Numbered from the whole stretch's first letter, positions 25,441 to 40,732 are shown. The stretch is DNA of 63,704 bases, filler included, from Rozella allomycis CSF55 (GCA_000442015.1; 21 parts of 21 records of this genome joined end to end with filler, not necessarily neighbours in it); one strand, 5' to 3'. A program made the numbers and translations. The notes: generated from the letters alone by a model not told the origin.

Positions 25441-27272
25441 TCACTTTCAGGTAAGTTACAACCAGCTGCCCATGCAGTTGGGATTGCGTATTCAAGGTAG
25501 ACAACTTGCGTCAATTGCTTAAGGATTAAGGATTGAACTATATGGATCTTGTTGGGCATTTCGAGACTGCAATATAGTTACCTTGTTAGCAAACTTAAGA
25601 GTGGACTTGGATTCTTTAAAAACCTGTTTTCATTAGCTACAAGCATTTTAGTCTGTATGGTAAAAACTGATTACTTACATATTGAGACATATTTGAAGGA
25701 GAACTGTTTCAAAAACGTAGATGGAACATGTAAAATAAGATTTAACAAACGCGAACATCCGAAAGAGTTCATTGACTTCATGAAAAATACTACTCCCTCC
25801 AAAACCGACACGCCAGTACCGGGGAAACATACTGTATTCACATAGGGCGTAATTGTAGATTCAACTGATGAAATGGAAATATATGAACAGCTGTCAAGCC
25901 ATTCCAATTATGAAGACACAATACCTGCTGCTACAAAGAGACCTAAAACATTTGCGTGCGAGCGCAACTTATTTCTTCAGTCCTGGGGATTGCCAATCAT
26001 GCCGTCACTAATAAAGAAAGTGTACTTGTCCGCAACAGTGGAACATTCAGGTAGCAGCTTTTGTTGACGCATCTGAGAGCGCGCGGCGTAGTGTATTTTT
26101 GCAGCCAAACAATTTGACAGAACAATAAAAAATTTCCGAATCAATATAGACAATCAACAACTAGTTACGCTGGGACGAAATATATTTGTATTCCTCAATT
26201 AACTCCCATTACGAGGTCAAGACCACTGTGCGACTTTTAGTTTAAAAACATATTTATAGCTCCAGCGCACAAGTTTTGTTCTCCATCTTACACTACAATG
26301 TTTTTGAGCATGCAAAAATCATGTTAATCAATTCCGTCCTTGGTAACCTTAGACATGGACCAACAACATTTCGCAAGACAGCAATGGATTTTGTTTAACA
26401 AGAAAAGTAAGATCTTCCATTAGTGGGTCAAATAGAAAACGATGAATTTCTCTTCCCTGATGATATAATAACAAAAAAGAGCGATGAGGGAAAAAACCAA
26501 ATGCCTCAATAGGTAATACTATATTTTTGAGAGACAACTAAAGTCTTTTACGGTGTGGGATAATTGATGCAGACACTATTAAAAAGTTGGCCACTACAGC
26601 TGACAAAGAAGTAACGAGGGGAGCGCACAAAAAATTTAAGACGACTACTGGACAAATGAAACACGACTTTTTAGAATGTTTAAAAAAAGTGTTGGAGTTA
26701 TATCCCGGGCTAAATGAGATTAACAAATTGCTTCACACTAAACGCAAACGAATTTTAGATCTGAAACGAGACATCTTGCGTTTGCAGTCCGCATTGTTAG
26801 ATGAAAACCCATCGATTGCAATATCTAACGGGCTTTTAAATGCGTAATATTATTATATATATTTATTAGCATCTTCAACGAAGAGAGTGAAAAACCTTAC
26901 TACCGTGGACACGAGCAGAGGGAGGGCGGGGTTCTGGCCTTTTTTACCCAGTTTGTCGAACAAATAATAGTCAGTTATGCTCAGAATGACATTCGTATAT
27001 TCATGTAATGCTTATTGCAAAAAACAACAGAGGTGAGAAGAAGGATCATACATCGCTCCTTACACGGAACGCAAACAAATTGTTAGATTCGGTATTATTT
27101 GTTGGCGAAAGCAATAGTCCTCTTTCCCTTGTCCGTAAAGAAGGCAAGCGAATAGATGCTACAGTATTAGCTTTTGAAGAAGATAAAGTTAAATTATTAA
27201 GGGCATAAATGACTCTTTACAAGTCTCGGAGAGTCACTTTCAGGTAAGTTACAACCAGCTGCCCATGCAGTT
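25441..27272. repeat. Contig with a 39-bp direct terminal repeat (unit length 1793 bp)
   Basis: tcactttcaggtaagttacaaccagctgcccatgcagtt occurs at 25441-25479 and 27234-27272. Confidence 0.9.
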
Positions 27273-27399
27273 NNNNNNNNNNNNNNNNNNNNNNNNNNNN
27301 NNNNNNNNNNNNNNNNTTAATTAATTAANNNNNNNNNNNNNNNNNNNNNNNNNNNNNNNNNNNNNNNNNNNNTTGGCATTATTTAAATAAATTAAAGTG

Positions 27400-27520
27400 C
27401 AACTTTAAAGTGTTGAAATTAGAGAGTAATATTTGTAAAGTTTTAAAGTGCATGTTTAAAGTGTTATAATCTTAAAGTGTTATAATTGTTAAAGTGTTAT
27501 TTAAAGTGCAAGTTTAAAGT
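27400..27520. repeat. Degenerate short tandem repeat with TTAAAGTG core
   Basis: ttaaagtg and close variants recur about 7 times. Confidence 0.7.
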
Positions 27521-27561
27521 TATACAATTGGTCAAAAGGATTTATTGATCAAAAATATTAA

Positions 27562-28627
27562 TCAATTTATTCTAGAACAAAGATTTGGATCAACTCGCGT
27601 ATCTTTAAGCCATGTATTAACAACATCAATGTGCCCATTTAACAGTGCACCACGAATAGCAAAATTATCTTTATAGGTGGGGTCTATTCTTGGGTCATTA
27701 ATCAACATCTCTATTATTTCAGTGTCACCATCCTCTGATGCCTTTATTATCATTTTATGGTCATTAAATGCAGGATAACTTTACTACTTTTGTATGGCCA
27801 TTGATCCAAGCTTTTCTTATAGCATAATTGTTTTGAATGAAGGATCAATTCTCTTGTCATTAATCAACAACTTTATTGTTTCAACATCCCCCTTTTCTGA
27901 TGCTCTCTTAACCATCGCATGAAAATCAAAACTAGGATCAACTCTAGCATCCTGCAACCACAACTTTACAATCTCTCTGTGTCCATTCAACCACGCCTTT
28001 CTTATCGCATAGTTATTGTCATATCCTGGATTTATTCTTGGATCATTTATTAACAATTTCACAATCTCAATTTCACTATTTTCAGATGCTTTTTTAACCA
28101 TCAAATGATAGCTAAATCCTGGGTTCACCCTCTTATCTTGGAGCCACAGCTTTACAATCTCAGTATGTCCGTTCAACCATGCAGTACGAATAGCATAATG
28201 GTTGTCACAAGTCGGGTCAATTTTGGGATGATTAATTAATAATCGAACAACATTTGATTGACCATCTGCTGACGCCTTTTTAACCATGACATGATAATTG
28301 AAACTCGGATCAACTCTTCCATCACAAAGTAATAATTTCACAACTTCAATATGTCCATTCTGCCATGCCTTTCTTATGGCATAATTATTACTATGCGCTG
28401 GGTCTATTCTTGAATCATTAACTAGTAACTTTACAATCTCTATGTTTCCTTCTTCAGAAGCCTTTTTAACCATAATATTATAATTAAAACTGGGATCAAC
28501 CCTCTCATCTTCAAGTAAAACCTTTACAACATCCACATGATTTTCTCTAAATGCCCATTCAATCGCATAATTATTATTTGCAGCGGGATTAACCTTTTCA
28601 TTTGCGATAAGCAATTTAACTATTTCA
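27562..28627 (-). CDS. Ankyrin-repeat protein with alternating repeat types; frameshift near 27800; 5' truncated
   Basis: DPxxxNNYAIRKAWxNGH repeats alternate with DPSFNYxxMVKKASExG repeats. Confidence 0.85.
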
Positions 28628-28821
28628 NNNNNNNNNNNNNNNNNNNNNNNNNNNNNNNNNNNNNNNNNNNNTTAATTAATTAANNNNNNNNNNNNNNNNN
28701 NNNNNNNNNNNNNNNNNNNNNNNNNNNTATTCCTTGCCTTTATTCTTTACTTGTGCATCAACTTTCTTTCTTTATTCATTATTTTTGAAAACCCATTTTT
28801 GGAAATCCGCAATTTCAAAAA

Positions 28822-31439
<2,618 letters not shown>

Positions 31440-31489
31440 ATGTTTTATATATTTTCTTTACTTGAATTGTTTACAAAACATTTTCTCTA

Positions 31490-33086
31490 ATGATGTTGGC
31501 AAATGATTCATTTGTTCCGTCTACTTTAAATTATTCCCAATTTTATCAAACAACTGGCCAATCTTCATCATATCAACAACAAATCTCATTTTCGATTTCA
31601 AAAAAGGAATTGTTCACCCCTTCAAATGGGTTCAAATCATTAATTAAAAAATTGAAGCATAATTTCAAAATCTCTCAGTAAGTTGAATCACATTTAATTG
31701 TTGCAGAATAAAATCTGAAATTAATGTCGAAGCAATTTCTTCATCAAAGCTGCTAATTATTGCAGCGCCATCTGAGAAATATTCATCTAAAGAGTTTGAT
31801 GCTCTGCATGCATTTATTGATCATGGAGGTGCTTTATTGTACTTGGGAACTGAAGGTACTGAAAAATCGAATTTTAACTACTTTTTGGAAGAGTTTGGCA
31901 TTTCAGTAAACTCTGGTACAAATATTAAAAGCATTAAAAATAGGTACACTTCATGCATGTATTTTATAAGATTCGGTGACAAGGACTTCATACTTTAAAT
32001 ATTTTCATCCAAAGGAAAACTTCATTTCAAACGGAATAATAAACAGAGAAATAAACCGCATAGCGGGAAAACAACCAAAATCAATGACTGAAAATGAAAA
32101 TGTTCTTGATGCATTACCATCAGCTAATAGAATTGGACGACAGAGTTTTAGCAACCAGTATGCAAACCAGCAATACAATTTTAGTGATTTGACTATGGTT
32201 TACCCATTCGGCTCTACAATAAATGTAGATAAGCCAAGTGTCCCAATAATATCAACAGGTAGTGCCTCATACCCTACAAACAGGCCGATCGGCGCAGTTT
32301 ACCACCAAGTAATAAACTTGATGCTTTATTTAAAAGTATGGCAAAGGCAAAATCGTGGTCTTGGGTTCGTGTCACATATTTAGTGATCAATATTTGGACA
32401 AGGAAGAAAATGGAAAGTTGTTTGACGCGATTATCAAGTTTCTATTAGACGGTAATACCAAGTTTAGAATTGAAGTAGACCATTTGTGTCTTGACTCGAT
32501 TGACGCGGACGATCCTGATGTAATTACGTTGTACGTTTGATATGCAGGTTTCCGATTACCATTATGTCCCCGATATATTTTCACATTCAGAACAAATTAA
32601 ATGTTGCATACAAGAAAGCGAAGAGCCTCCCAAGGACTTTAGAAAAATGTTCGATAAATCTCTGTTTAAGTTTGACATGAATCTATTTCCCAAGGTCTTG
32701 AAGGCTCATGAAGTAAGTATCACAACGATTAGACATCAAGGTATTAAAAGTGAAGCCAGTTCCTTTAACCTTAATAGAACCACAGGTAAATCTTTTTCAA
32801 GCTCCTAAAACAGTTTGAGTTGCCACTGCCTGAATTTGAACCCGCAGTTTTCCCACCTACTTTTAGATCCCTACCTCCGCCGCCACTTGAATTGTTTGAT
32901 TTAGATGAAGAATTTGCAACCAATGAAGAAAAACTTGCAAAACTGGCAAACAAATGTAGCTCAGATGATATTGACTATTTTATCAAAGAAGCCGGTAAAA
33001 TTTTTGGATTTTACAATGACGATTCCTTTGGAATTCTAGAAAAGGTTGTCCGTCAGATTATAGACTGGAAAAAAGTTAATATATAA
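31490..33086 (+). CDS. IFT52: Intraflagellar transport protein 52
   Basis: NFNYFLEEFGI, KYFHPKE, VYPFGSTINV, PQFELPLP, PAVFPPTFRSLPPPPLELFDLDEEF. Confidence 0.95.
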
Positions 33087-33120
33087 CAATAAATAGCATT
33101 CAAGGTTTTTATGTACATTG

Positions 33121-34032
33121 TCACAACAATCTGTGATTTCTGATAAGCGGATTTTCTTTTGCTATTTTCTCCCTACCTTCCTTTTTGAAATCGTAAGTGC
33201 ACAAGTGCTGATCGTTAAATCGGTGAGAAGGGCAAAAATAACCCCCGCATTTGCACTTGAATTGATTTGTTAATTTCAATTTTCTGTTACATTTTCCGCA
33301 GGAGTTACTTACTCCAGATACAGAAGGGGCAGTTATAAAAGATACACTTTCAACCTTTGGTAAAAATGACGACGTTGAAGGTGCGTGATTGAGAATAGTG
33401 GATGAGACAGACGTTGATTTTGATGGCATTCTACGCGACTGCGGTTCAACTTCATTTTTTTCGAATGATAAAGATTTTAAGCCATCAGAACTAGAAGTAT
33501 AGCTTTTTGAGCATGAAGACGCAGAACTTTGATTTGATCTCGACTCCTTCTTTAATGTACCAGCGGAAGTTGTATTAACTCTATTTCCTGTTAAGGCGTA
33601 GTATACTTTCATGGTTAACGGTGACAACTGTTTCATTTTTTGGACTGAGAGCTTCCCATCTCTCCAGTCGCACTCTGCTAAATAATGGTTTTCATCTTTC
33701 TTTAGCAGAATAACATAATTGGATTTTTTCGGCTTTTCTCGAGATAATGTACCGTCATTCATTTGGAGAACCATTTTTAAATGAGCGTTGTGGTATAATT
33801 TTGCATCTCTTAGAGTTAAGTTATCGCATAAGGCTTTGGATTGATATATAATTATCTGACTTTCTGCGCTTATTCCATAGTCTTTTTGAAGTTCTTCTTT
33901 CAAATCCAAAATAGTATCGCTTGGTAGCATTTCAGCAGATAATAATTGCCCCGATATTGTTTCTATCTTTATACTCCATATAAAAGGAGACGGACTGTGG
34001 GTATTGTTTTCACAGTAAGTGATGGAATGCAT
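33121..34032 (-). CDS. Ubiquitin-like + AN1 zinc-finger protein (ZFAND4-like)
   Basis: IETISG...DTILDLK ubiquitin fold; CGKCNRKL...CKCGGYFCPSHRFNDQHLCTYDFK. Confidence 0.9.
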   Translation of the reverse strand: MHSITYCENNTHSPSPFIWSIKIETISGQLLSAEMLPSDTILDLKEELQKDYGISAESQIIIYQSKALCDNLTLRDAKLYHNAHLKMVLQMNDGTLSREKPKKSNYVILLKKDENHYLAECDWRDGKLSVQKMKQLSPLTMKVYYALTGNRVNTTSAGTLKKESRSNQSSASSCSKSYTSSSDGLKSLSFEKNEVEPQSRRMPSKSTSVSSTILNHAPSTSSFLPKVESVSFITAPSVSGVSNSCGKCNRKLKLTNQFKCKCGGYFCPSHRFNDQHLCTYDFKKEGREKIAKENPLIRNHRLL

Positions 34033-34124
34033 AGTGGAGTTGGTGTCTAAGGGCTATAATTAGTATCACTACCTACGAAGTCAAAATCTGATTAAACGGA
34101 AATTGAAACAATGATAGAGTTTAT

Positions 34125-34451
34125 TTAACGACTACTTATCAAAGCTGCTAAAAAATTAGAAATTGGCATATATCCTTTTCTAATTAACCGCATTTCATAG
34201 TTCTCTGTGTACCCTTCGTTTAGATTTCGTCCATATTCTTCAGTATCATATGAGCAATTAACTTCATTGACATCATATTTAACCTCTCTATTTAGTGAAG
34301 GACTGATATGTTCGGTTATTGGTTTTCTATTTTCTATATCTTCTTCGTCGTCACTATCAGCGTTTAAAAGTATGCTCTGATGTGCAAGTCGCATTTCTTT
34401 GAATTTCGGTTGCTCCTCGTCTGAGCTGTTAAATTCCCTCTTCTTTTTCAA
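34125..34451 (-). CDS. Hypothetical small acidic protein
   Basis: ORF with AATAAA-like sequence at the stop; start uncertain. Confidence 0.45.
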   Translation of the reverse strand: MKKKREFNSSDEEQPKFKEMRLAHQSILLNADSDDEEDIENRKPITEHISPSLNREVKYDVNEVNCSYDTEEYGRNLNEGYTENYEMRLIRKGYMPISNFLAALISSR

Positions 34452-34764
34452 ACTCGCACTGGATATTGTATTTGAATGTGTTATGAAAAACTATTTTGAA
34501 ATGTATGGAATTCTACTTGAGTATCAACTTGTATTGGAGTTGGAATATTTTGCGATAAATTTGGCTCAAAATCAAATTCGACATCTTTAAACAGATAAAC
34601 GGATACATACCTAAAAGATTTTTCACTCTTTGACTCTCAGGAATTATACAATCGAGTTCATCAATTTCTCTAGGAAACCCTTGATAACTATGGTTGAAGA
34701 ATTCATCCCATAACTTCTTAAGCGATGAATCTTCTTTTTGTCTTTTTTGGCCAACAAATCTTTC

Positions 34765-35917
34765 TTACAGTAAGACAAACTTTGCAACATCTGGATTGGC
34801 GTGAATGTCGATAGGATTTCCTTTCCTCTTATTATCAATGTTTAAGCAAGTTATTGAAATATCATTGACTAATATAGTGAATTTGTTGTCTTTAAACTGA
34901 ATGCAATAATCTGTGATAACTGCGTCCGCAAGGTTTAAAGTATTTAGTGATCCTTCTAAATTTCTTTTAAAGAAAAAAAGATGACATACTTTTCTATCGT
35001 TTTTCTACAAGTATCATTCAATATCAAAGGATAATAATAACTTTCATCCGAAAAATAAACATCGAGCGCTCCATTTCTTTCTGTCTAGGATCTTTATTCA
35101 CGTGCAGTCGTTACTGATATCAAAATTTGACCACCAATGCTTTTTCTAAGTGGATAACTTTCGAAAGGAATATTTTGAATAATATATTGTAGCAGTAGGG
35201 GCTTCCTGGGTTTTCTTTCCATTTATCGGGTAAAAGAAAATTTCTTTATTTATTTGGTAATAGACTAGGGAAAATGATAGTTTTCGAATTCATAAAATCC
35301 AGATTTGGTGCCTTTTCTTCTGATTTTGACGTGACTTCGCTAGATTGTCCATTAATTGGAACCTGGAAAATTTTTGTTTCAGTCGAAGAATTTGTATCCG
35401 TTGGAGTTTCAAACATCATCAAATCCACCATGGATAATTGTTTGATGTCAGTAGAATTCGCATTTGAAAGAGGTGGCGGGAAATTGAATAGGTTGTCATA
35501 AGGTGATAATGAAGGTTTCCGACCTAATATGTCACCCATCGAATCAAACGATGCACCCAAGTCACTCGAAGGCAATGTTAGAGAATGAGAACTTGAAGCA
35601 TATGCAGGTACTGATATCGATGCTCTCCTTTCCCCAGATTTTTCTTTCTCACTACTAAAATCTACTTTATCTTCTACTCAAAAAGAATTACTGGTCGAAA
35701 AGTAGTCTAATTTATTCTCATTCACCTGTATTGAAGGGCTGGGCGGATGATTTTTATCTGCATGCTTGGAAGCCTCCCAAACATTTTCTAATCCTAACTC
35801 ATCAAGTGAAGTGTTGAGCCATGCTTTTGAAGAATTGGATCCCTTGCCATCTTCTCTTAAAGGAACCTTTTTCTCGGTGCTATCAGTACTCCACGGATCA
35901 TCAAAATTTGGCAACAT
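34765..35917 (-). CDS. Hypothetical spliced protein, Ser-rich N-terminus
   Basis: 79-aa and 109-aa ORFs plus downstream exons joined by 27-30-nt GT-AG introns; boundaries approximate. Confidence 0.5.
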
Positions 35918-35994
35918 TACGAAATTTCTTATTGCTCACGTTGTTTTGTATTGTGAAATAAATTGATTTAAGGACTGGGCAATACTATTTGTTT

Positions 35995-38900
35995 ATGTTT
36001 AGTCTAGAAAATTTTACCGATCTTCTTCCTCCGTTTGCTGATGAGCAAAGCAAACAGCTTGATTTAAAGGTAAGATATATACTAGAATAGGATAAGATCA
36101 AGCAAAAGCATGCGGAGATGCAAAAATTGGAGCATCGAATTGAGGAACAAAAAAGGCGCCGAGATTTGATGAAAGAACACATGAAGAATATACGAACAGA
36201 ATTCGGCCAATGTCAATCATTGAAGGATGCAAAGAAGAGAGAGATGGACACAGAAAACAACTTGAGACAAATTGCGGAACGACAAATTGGCCGTATGCAT
36301 CAAGAAATGAGACGCTTATTAAATGAAATTGATGGTGTTACTGGTCATGTAAATATTAATGCACTATCTAATTTAACAGATAAACAATTTGCAAAGGAAT
36401 ATCCATCAATCCAATGAGAACATTGAAAAGATGCGACAAAGTATGAAAATGAGCAAAGAAGAACTTGATGAATGGCTGAAGATACAAAATGAAAAAGAGG
36501 AGGATATGATGGCGATGGCAAAGTATAGCAGACAAGATGATACAAGAATTAAAGAAATCATGTTGAAACTAGAGAAGATGTTGGGTGAAGTACACAAGAA
36601 GAAACAAGAATTGTCTCTGGAAGTTACAGAAACGCAGGCGGTTCAAATAGAATTAGCCAAAACAACAGAAATGTTCCATTCTCTTCACAATGAAAGACAA
36701 CAATTGATAAAAAGATGGGAGAATTTGATAGCTAATTTTACAGAGAAAGATGCTGATATTGAAAGCAAAAGAAACGAAGTAGAGCAACTTCAAGTATGCA
36801 AGCCTGAATCCAAATTTTAGAAATTAATTAACGAAAAAGTTGCTATTGTAAATGAAAAGCAAGCATTTTTAAACGAACAAATAGACAGAGCGGAATCCAT
36901 CGAAAAGAAGATTGAATTGACTGATCGGCTCGTGGGAAAAATCAGGTAACGAAAGAAAAGAAATATTAGAAGGTTGGAAGAACAAGAGTCCAGTTTGTCC
37001 TTGAAAGAATTCCAAGATGAAGTTGAAATGATAAGAAGCACCTTGAACAAGAGTAAAAATGCATTTTCTATTTTACTAAAGCTACAATCGAGTTGAATTC
37101 CAAAAAAGTGGAAATAAACAACCTAAGAAATGATCTTCAAAAAAGGCAAGACAGATTAGAAAAGGAAAACAAACAACGAAAAGAAGCTAAAAATAGACTC
37201 GAACAAGCCACAGACAAAACAGTCTCATTAGAGTCCAAAGCGGCGTCATTACAAGATATATTGAAGCAAGATGAAGAGAAATTTAAAGGACTTGAAAAGG
37301 AAATCAAAAATTTGAGAGAAATCCGTATAGTTTATTTTTTTCGCTAAATAGAATTCAAAAAGACGCAACAAGTATTTCAATTTAGAAAGGACGAGCAAGA
37401 CTTGACGGCTGAAATTTCTGGTGCTGAAGCCACCATCAAGAATTGGCATTCTAAAATATCAAAGTATAATATGGGAAATGATAATATAGGCTTGAAGATC
37501 AAATTCAAAAACAGCTGGAATTGATTTACAATCAAGATTTCCAGATCCAATTATTAGAAAGGAAGATTAGAAAAATCAAAGGAGAAAAATCAGAAGAAGA
37601 AAAAGAAGTTCTCAATGAAAAAATAAAAGAGTTGACATTGGCATTAGCAGAGTCTAAAAAGAAGCATTCATTGCTAAGTCAGCAATACAAAAAGTCTTTG
37701 GATGAAATTCGTAGGTTTACCAAACAATACGAAAACTTATTGAAGGAACGTAAAGGTAAAGTTGATATGTCTTAATTCTAAAATAGGTAATTAATGTTTA
37801 TGATGATAATGAGGTATAATTATTTGATGGCAAAATAAAGGTGTGGACCAAGCTTTGGATGATATAACATTGTATAATGATAGTGCCCAACGCCAGCTAG
37901 TTTCAAAGATTAAGGAAAAGGAAGAATTTATGGTCGAAGAAAATCTTTTAAGATTAGAATTGCAAAGATTACGAACATTTTTATCGTCAAGAGCAGATCA
38001 GGTAATTAAACTGAATGGAAATAAAAGGTCTATTCATTAGAGGCAAGACAGGTTCAATTGCAATTAGCCCTTGAAGAAAGGCAAAAGGAAATCGATTTGA
38101 ATCAAGAAATTACGAAATCACAAATAAAATTTGCTCAAGAAGAAAAGTAAACGGAGATTTGGAGTTTCAAAAGGCAACAAGTTAAGTTACAGATACGAGA
38201 GAAGAATGCGAAAATTCAAAAATTGAAAAACAAATATGATGTGTTGATTGCGAAAATAAATTCAGATGAAGAAGAACATTCTCAAGCTTACTATGTAATT
38301 AAAGCATCTCAAGTAAATAATTTAATAAATTGTAATTAGCGAAGAGAGGAGCTGCAAAGGGAAGGTGATGCGTTGGATGCTAAAATAAGAAAGGCAGAGG
38401 CGGAGATAAAGGCGTTAGAAAACACTTTGAATCTCTTAAACACAAGGAATTCAAAATACAGAAATACGTAATTGAATGTAATTGTTGTGGACAAGACTTA
38501 CAATGCCAGACAACAATTCAGAGGAAGTGAAACAAAAAATGATTTTAGAGCAGCAAATAAAATCTGCAGTTGACAAACTCCAATCAAAAAAGTCCGACTT
38601 GGAAAAGATTCAAAAAGAAATTGAAGGATTGGATTCTTCTCTACAGATTTATCATCAAGAAGAATCCAACCTGTCCAGTTCTATAGATGAGCTTCAAAGC
38701 AAGTTAGATTCACTAATCAAAGATATCGAAGACCAAGAAGCAAGAAAACAAAGATCAACTCTCTTAATAAAAAAGTATTCTAAAAATGATTTATAAAAAA
38801 AGGATTGCGAATAATCTAAAAAACCAAGAAAAGGATTTGTATGAAATGGCTTCACAGGATATCCTCTTAAAGGAACTAAAAGAAAACAATAATCAATTGT

Positions 38901-39431
38901 TACTTCAAATAGAATCTCTTTCTTCCCAATTTCCAGAAATAAAATTGGCTCTAAACTCATACTATGAACAAGTAATTCATTGAAAGTCCAATTTATTTAA
39001 AGAATGGTTTGATTGTGAACCCAGACAAGCTGAATGCATTGCCATCAAAAAGGTCTGCAAGTAGGCATAGCGTATCATCTAAACCTTCAACAAGGTAAAA
39101 TTTAAACCTCAAAAATAAAAGAAATCAAAGCCGCGCTGCTTTAGTTTCACTTGATGTTGCTTTCACTAAAGAACAACCTAGCACAATATCCCCCTCATTG
39201 GAGAATACTACAAATCATTCAAGACCTCCATCAAATTTGAGACAACTAAAATTTTCAAAAAGGTCCACGCCTATCCAACAAAACGAAAGAGAATACATTT
39301 CAAAAAGTAATTCAATGGATAAATTAGCGATTCACGCATCTACCCCGAGAAGTGTTGTAACAAAAGATGGCGACAAAATAGAATCTGATGCATTAAAAGA
39401 ACCATTAAAAGAAGCTAATGTTACTCAATAA
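35995..39431 (+). CDS. CCDC39: Axonemal ruler protein CCDC39
   Basis: Long coiled coil; [64 protein letters not shown]. Confidence 0.92.
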
Positions 39432-39465
39432 TAAAGTTTTCAAATGATGGTTTATTTCAGTTTAC

Positions 39466-40253
39466 TCAAATTCCTCCCATATATTTACCACCAGCGGCAA
39501 ATGCATCAGCTCCTAAAACGGCTTCTTTTTGTAATTTAATGAATAATACTGCGGAAGCAGCTAATCCAAGTACCTTTTGTAAAGTTAGATAGTAAACTAT
39601 ACCTGGAAGAAGGCCATAGTAATCGCTACACTTCCAATTGCATCCAAATGTGAGAATACTTGTTGCTTCATAACCAACATACAAGGTCTTTGAAAACCAA
39701 AGTTTGCATCTGTTGAACAGTCAGTAGGAACCGCCAATTCTGTAATGTTTTTAAATCCACAACATTTAAACTTTTGTTCCAAATATCTATCAAAAAATTG
39801 GCACATGCATACCGTATTGATGATGGATCGTTACTGATGCTAGCCTTCCAAACCTGCTCAACTGCTCTTTCAATATCACTTGCACGGGATAGCGCAACAC
39901 TTCCAATGATTACTTGAATTAGAAATATGGCACATAAAAGGCCAAAGAACTTAAAATTCAATGCATATAAATTTACTATTTTAAGAGATTTGATGTGTTC
40001 CTTGACAGCTGCAACTATTCCAAGAGTAGATATTATACATGCAAGAAATCCAATACCAATAAGACCACCAAATATAGATTGAGTAGCTACTCCGGTGCGA
40101 TCGTCTTGAACTGCAAGGCCAGTAATACCACCTCCAATAAGAAGCAACCCACTGAGCTAATTGATAAGAGAACAAATTAATTACCAAAGTTATAAGATTG
40201 GTAACTACTAAAATATACTTAAACACACGAAAAGTGAATAAAGCTGGAAGCAT
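39466..40253 (-). CDS. Tetraspanin (4 introns)
   Basis: Four TM helices and the CCG motif (LEQKFKCCGF). Confidence 0.88.
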
Positions 40254-40402
40254 TGTCGGGAATTATGGTATCCAAGTGGTTTGTTTCACATTTGATAACT
40301 TAATCTATTTTTAGAAAACTTTAGTTTTGATTTAGTTGAAGATAAGCTTTCATTATGATATGTATATATAATGAACTTTAAATCTACTATACTGTTTTCA
40401 AA

Positions 40403-40732
40403 ATGACTGCAAGAAAATATCACAAAGGTATGAATCCTAATAATTGCACCTTTAGGTGACCATGTCGAATATCACCCAGTTGGAGGTGAACACAATATGG
40501 TAAAGGCAGTAGGGAGAATAACGAAAATAATAACAAGTGAGGAGGTTTGGTCATTTTTATTTCATAACAATAGGAAGACCATTTTGGTAGAAAAATACAT
40601 GCTTCAAAAGATGAACCTCGCTACATGATCTTAAACGATCACACTCAGAAAGAGACGTAAATCTTTATTAGTTAAAATGATAGTGCGTATAAAGAATCCA
40701 ATATTGTACGGGTCATCGAGGACGAAGAGTGA
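40403..40732 (+). CDS. Small Hva1/DUF2945 Tudor-like protein (3 introns; absent from the ORF track)
   Basis: Spliced: MTARKYHKGDHVEYHPVGG...VGRITKII...HASKDEPRYMILNDHTQKETAYKESNI. Confidence 0.75.

Noticed and set aside
31460-31490. Forkhead-like TGTTTAC upstream of IFT52 as a ciliary promoter element
   Set aside because: A 7-mer in AT-rich DNA is expected by chance, and there is no exact counterpart or X-box at CCDC39
32741-32785. AG|GT after an IFT52 intron (also near 38027 in CCDC39 and in tetraspanin) as further chained introns
   Set aside because: The following sequence is conserved coding exon (e.g. VLKVKPVPLTLIEPQ), so the GT is a Val codon
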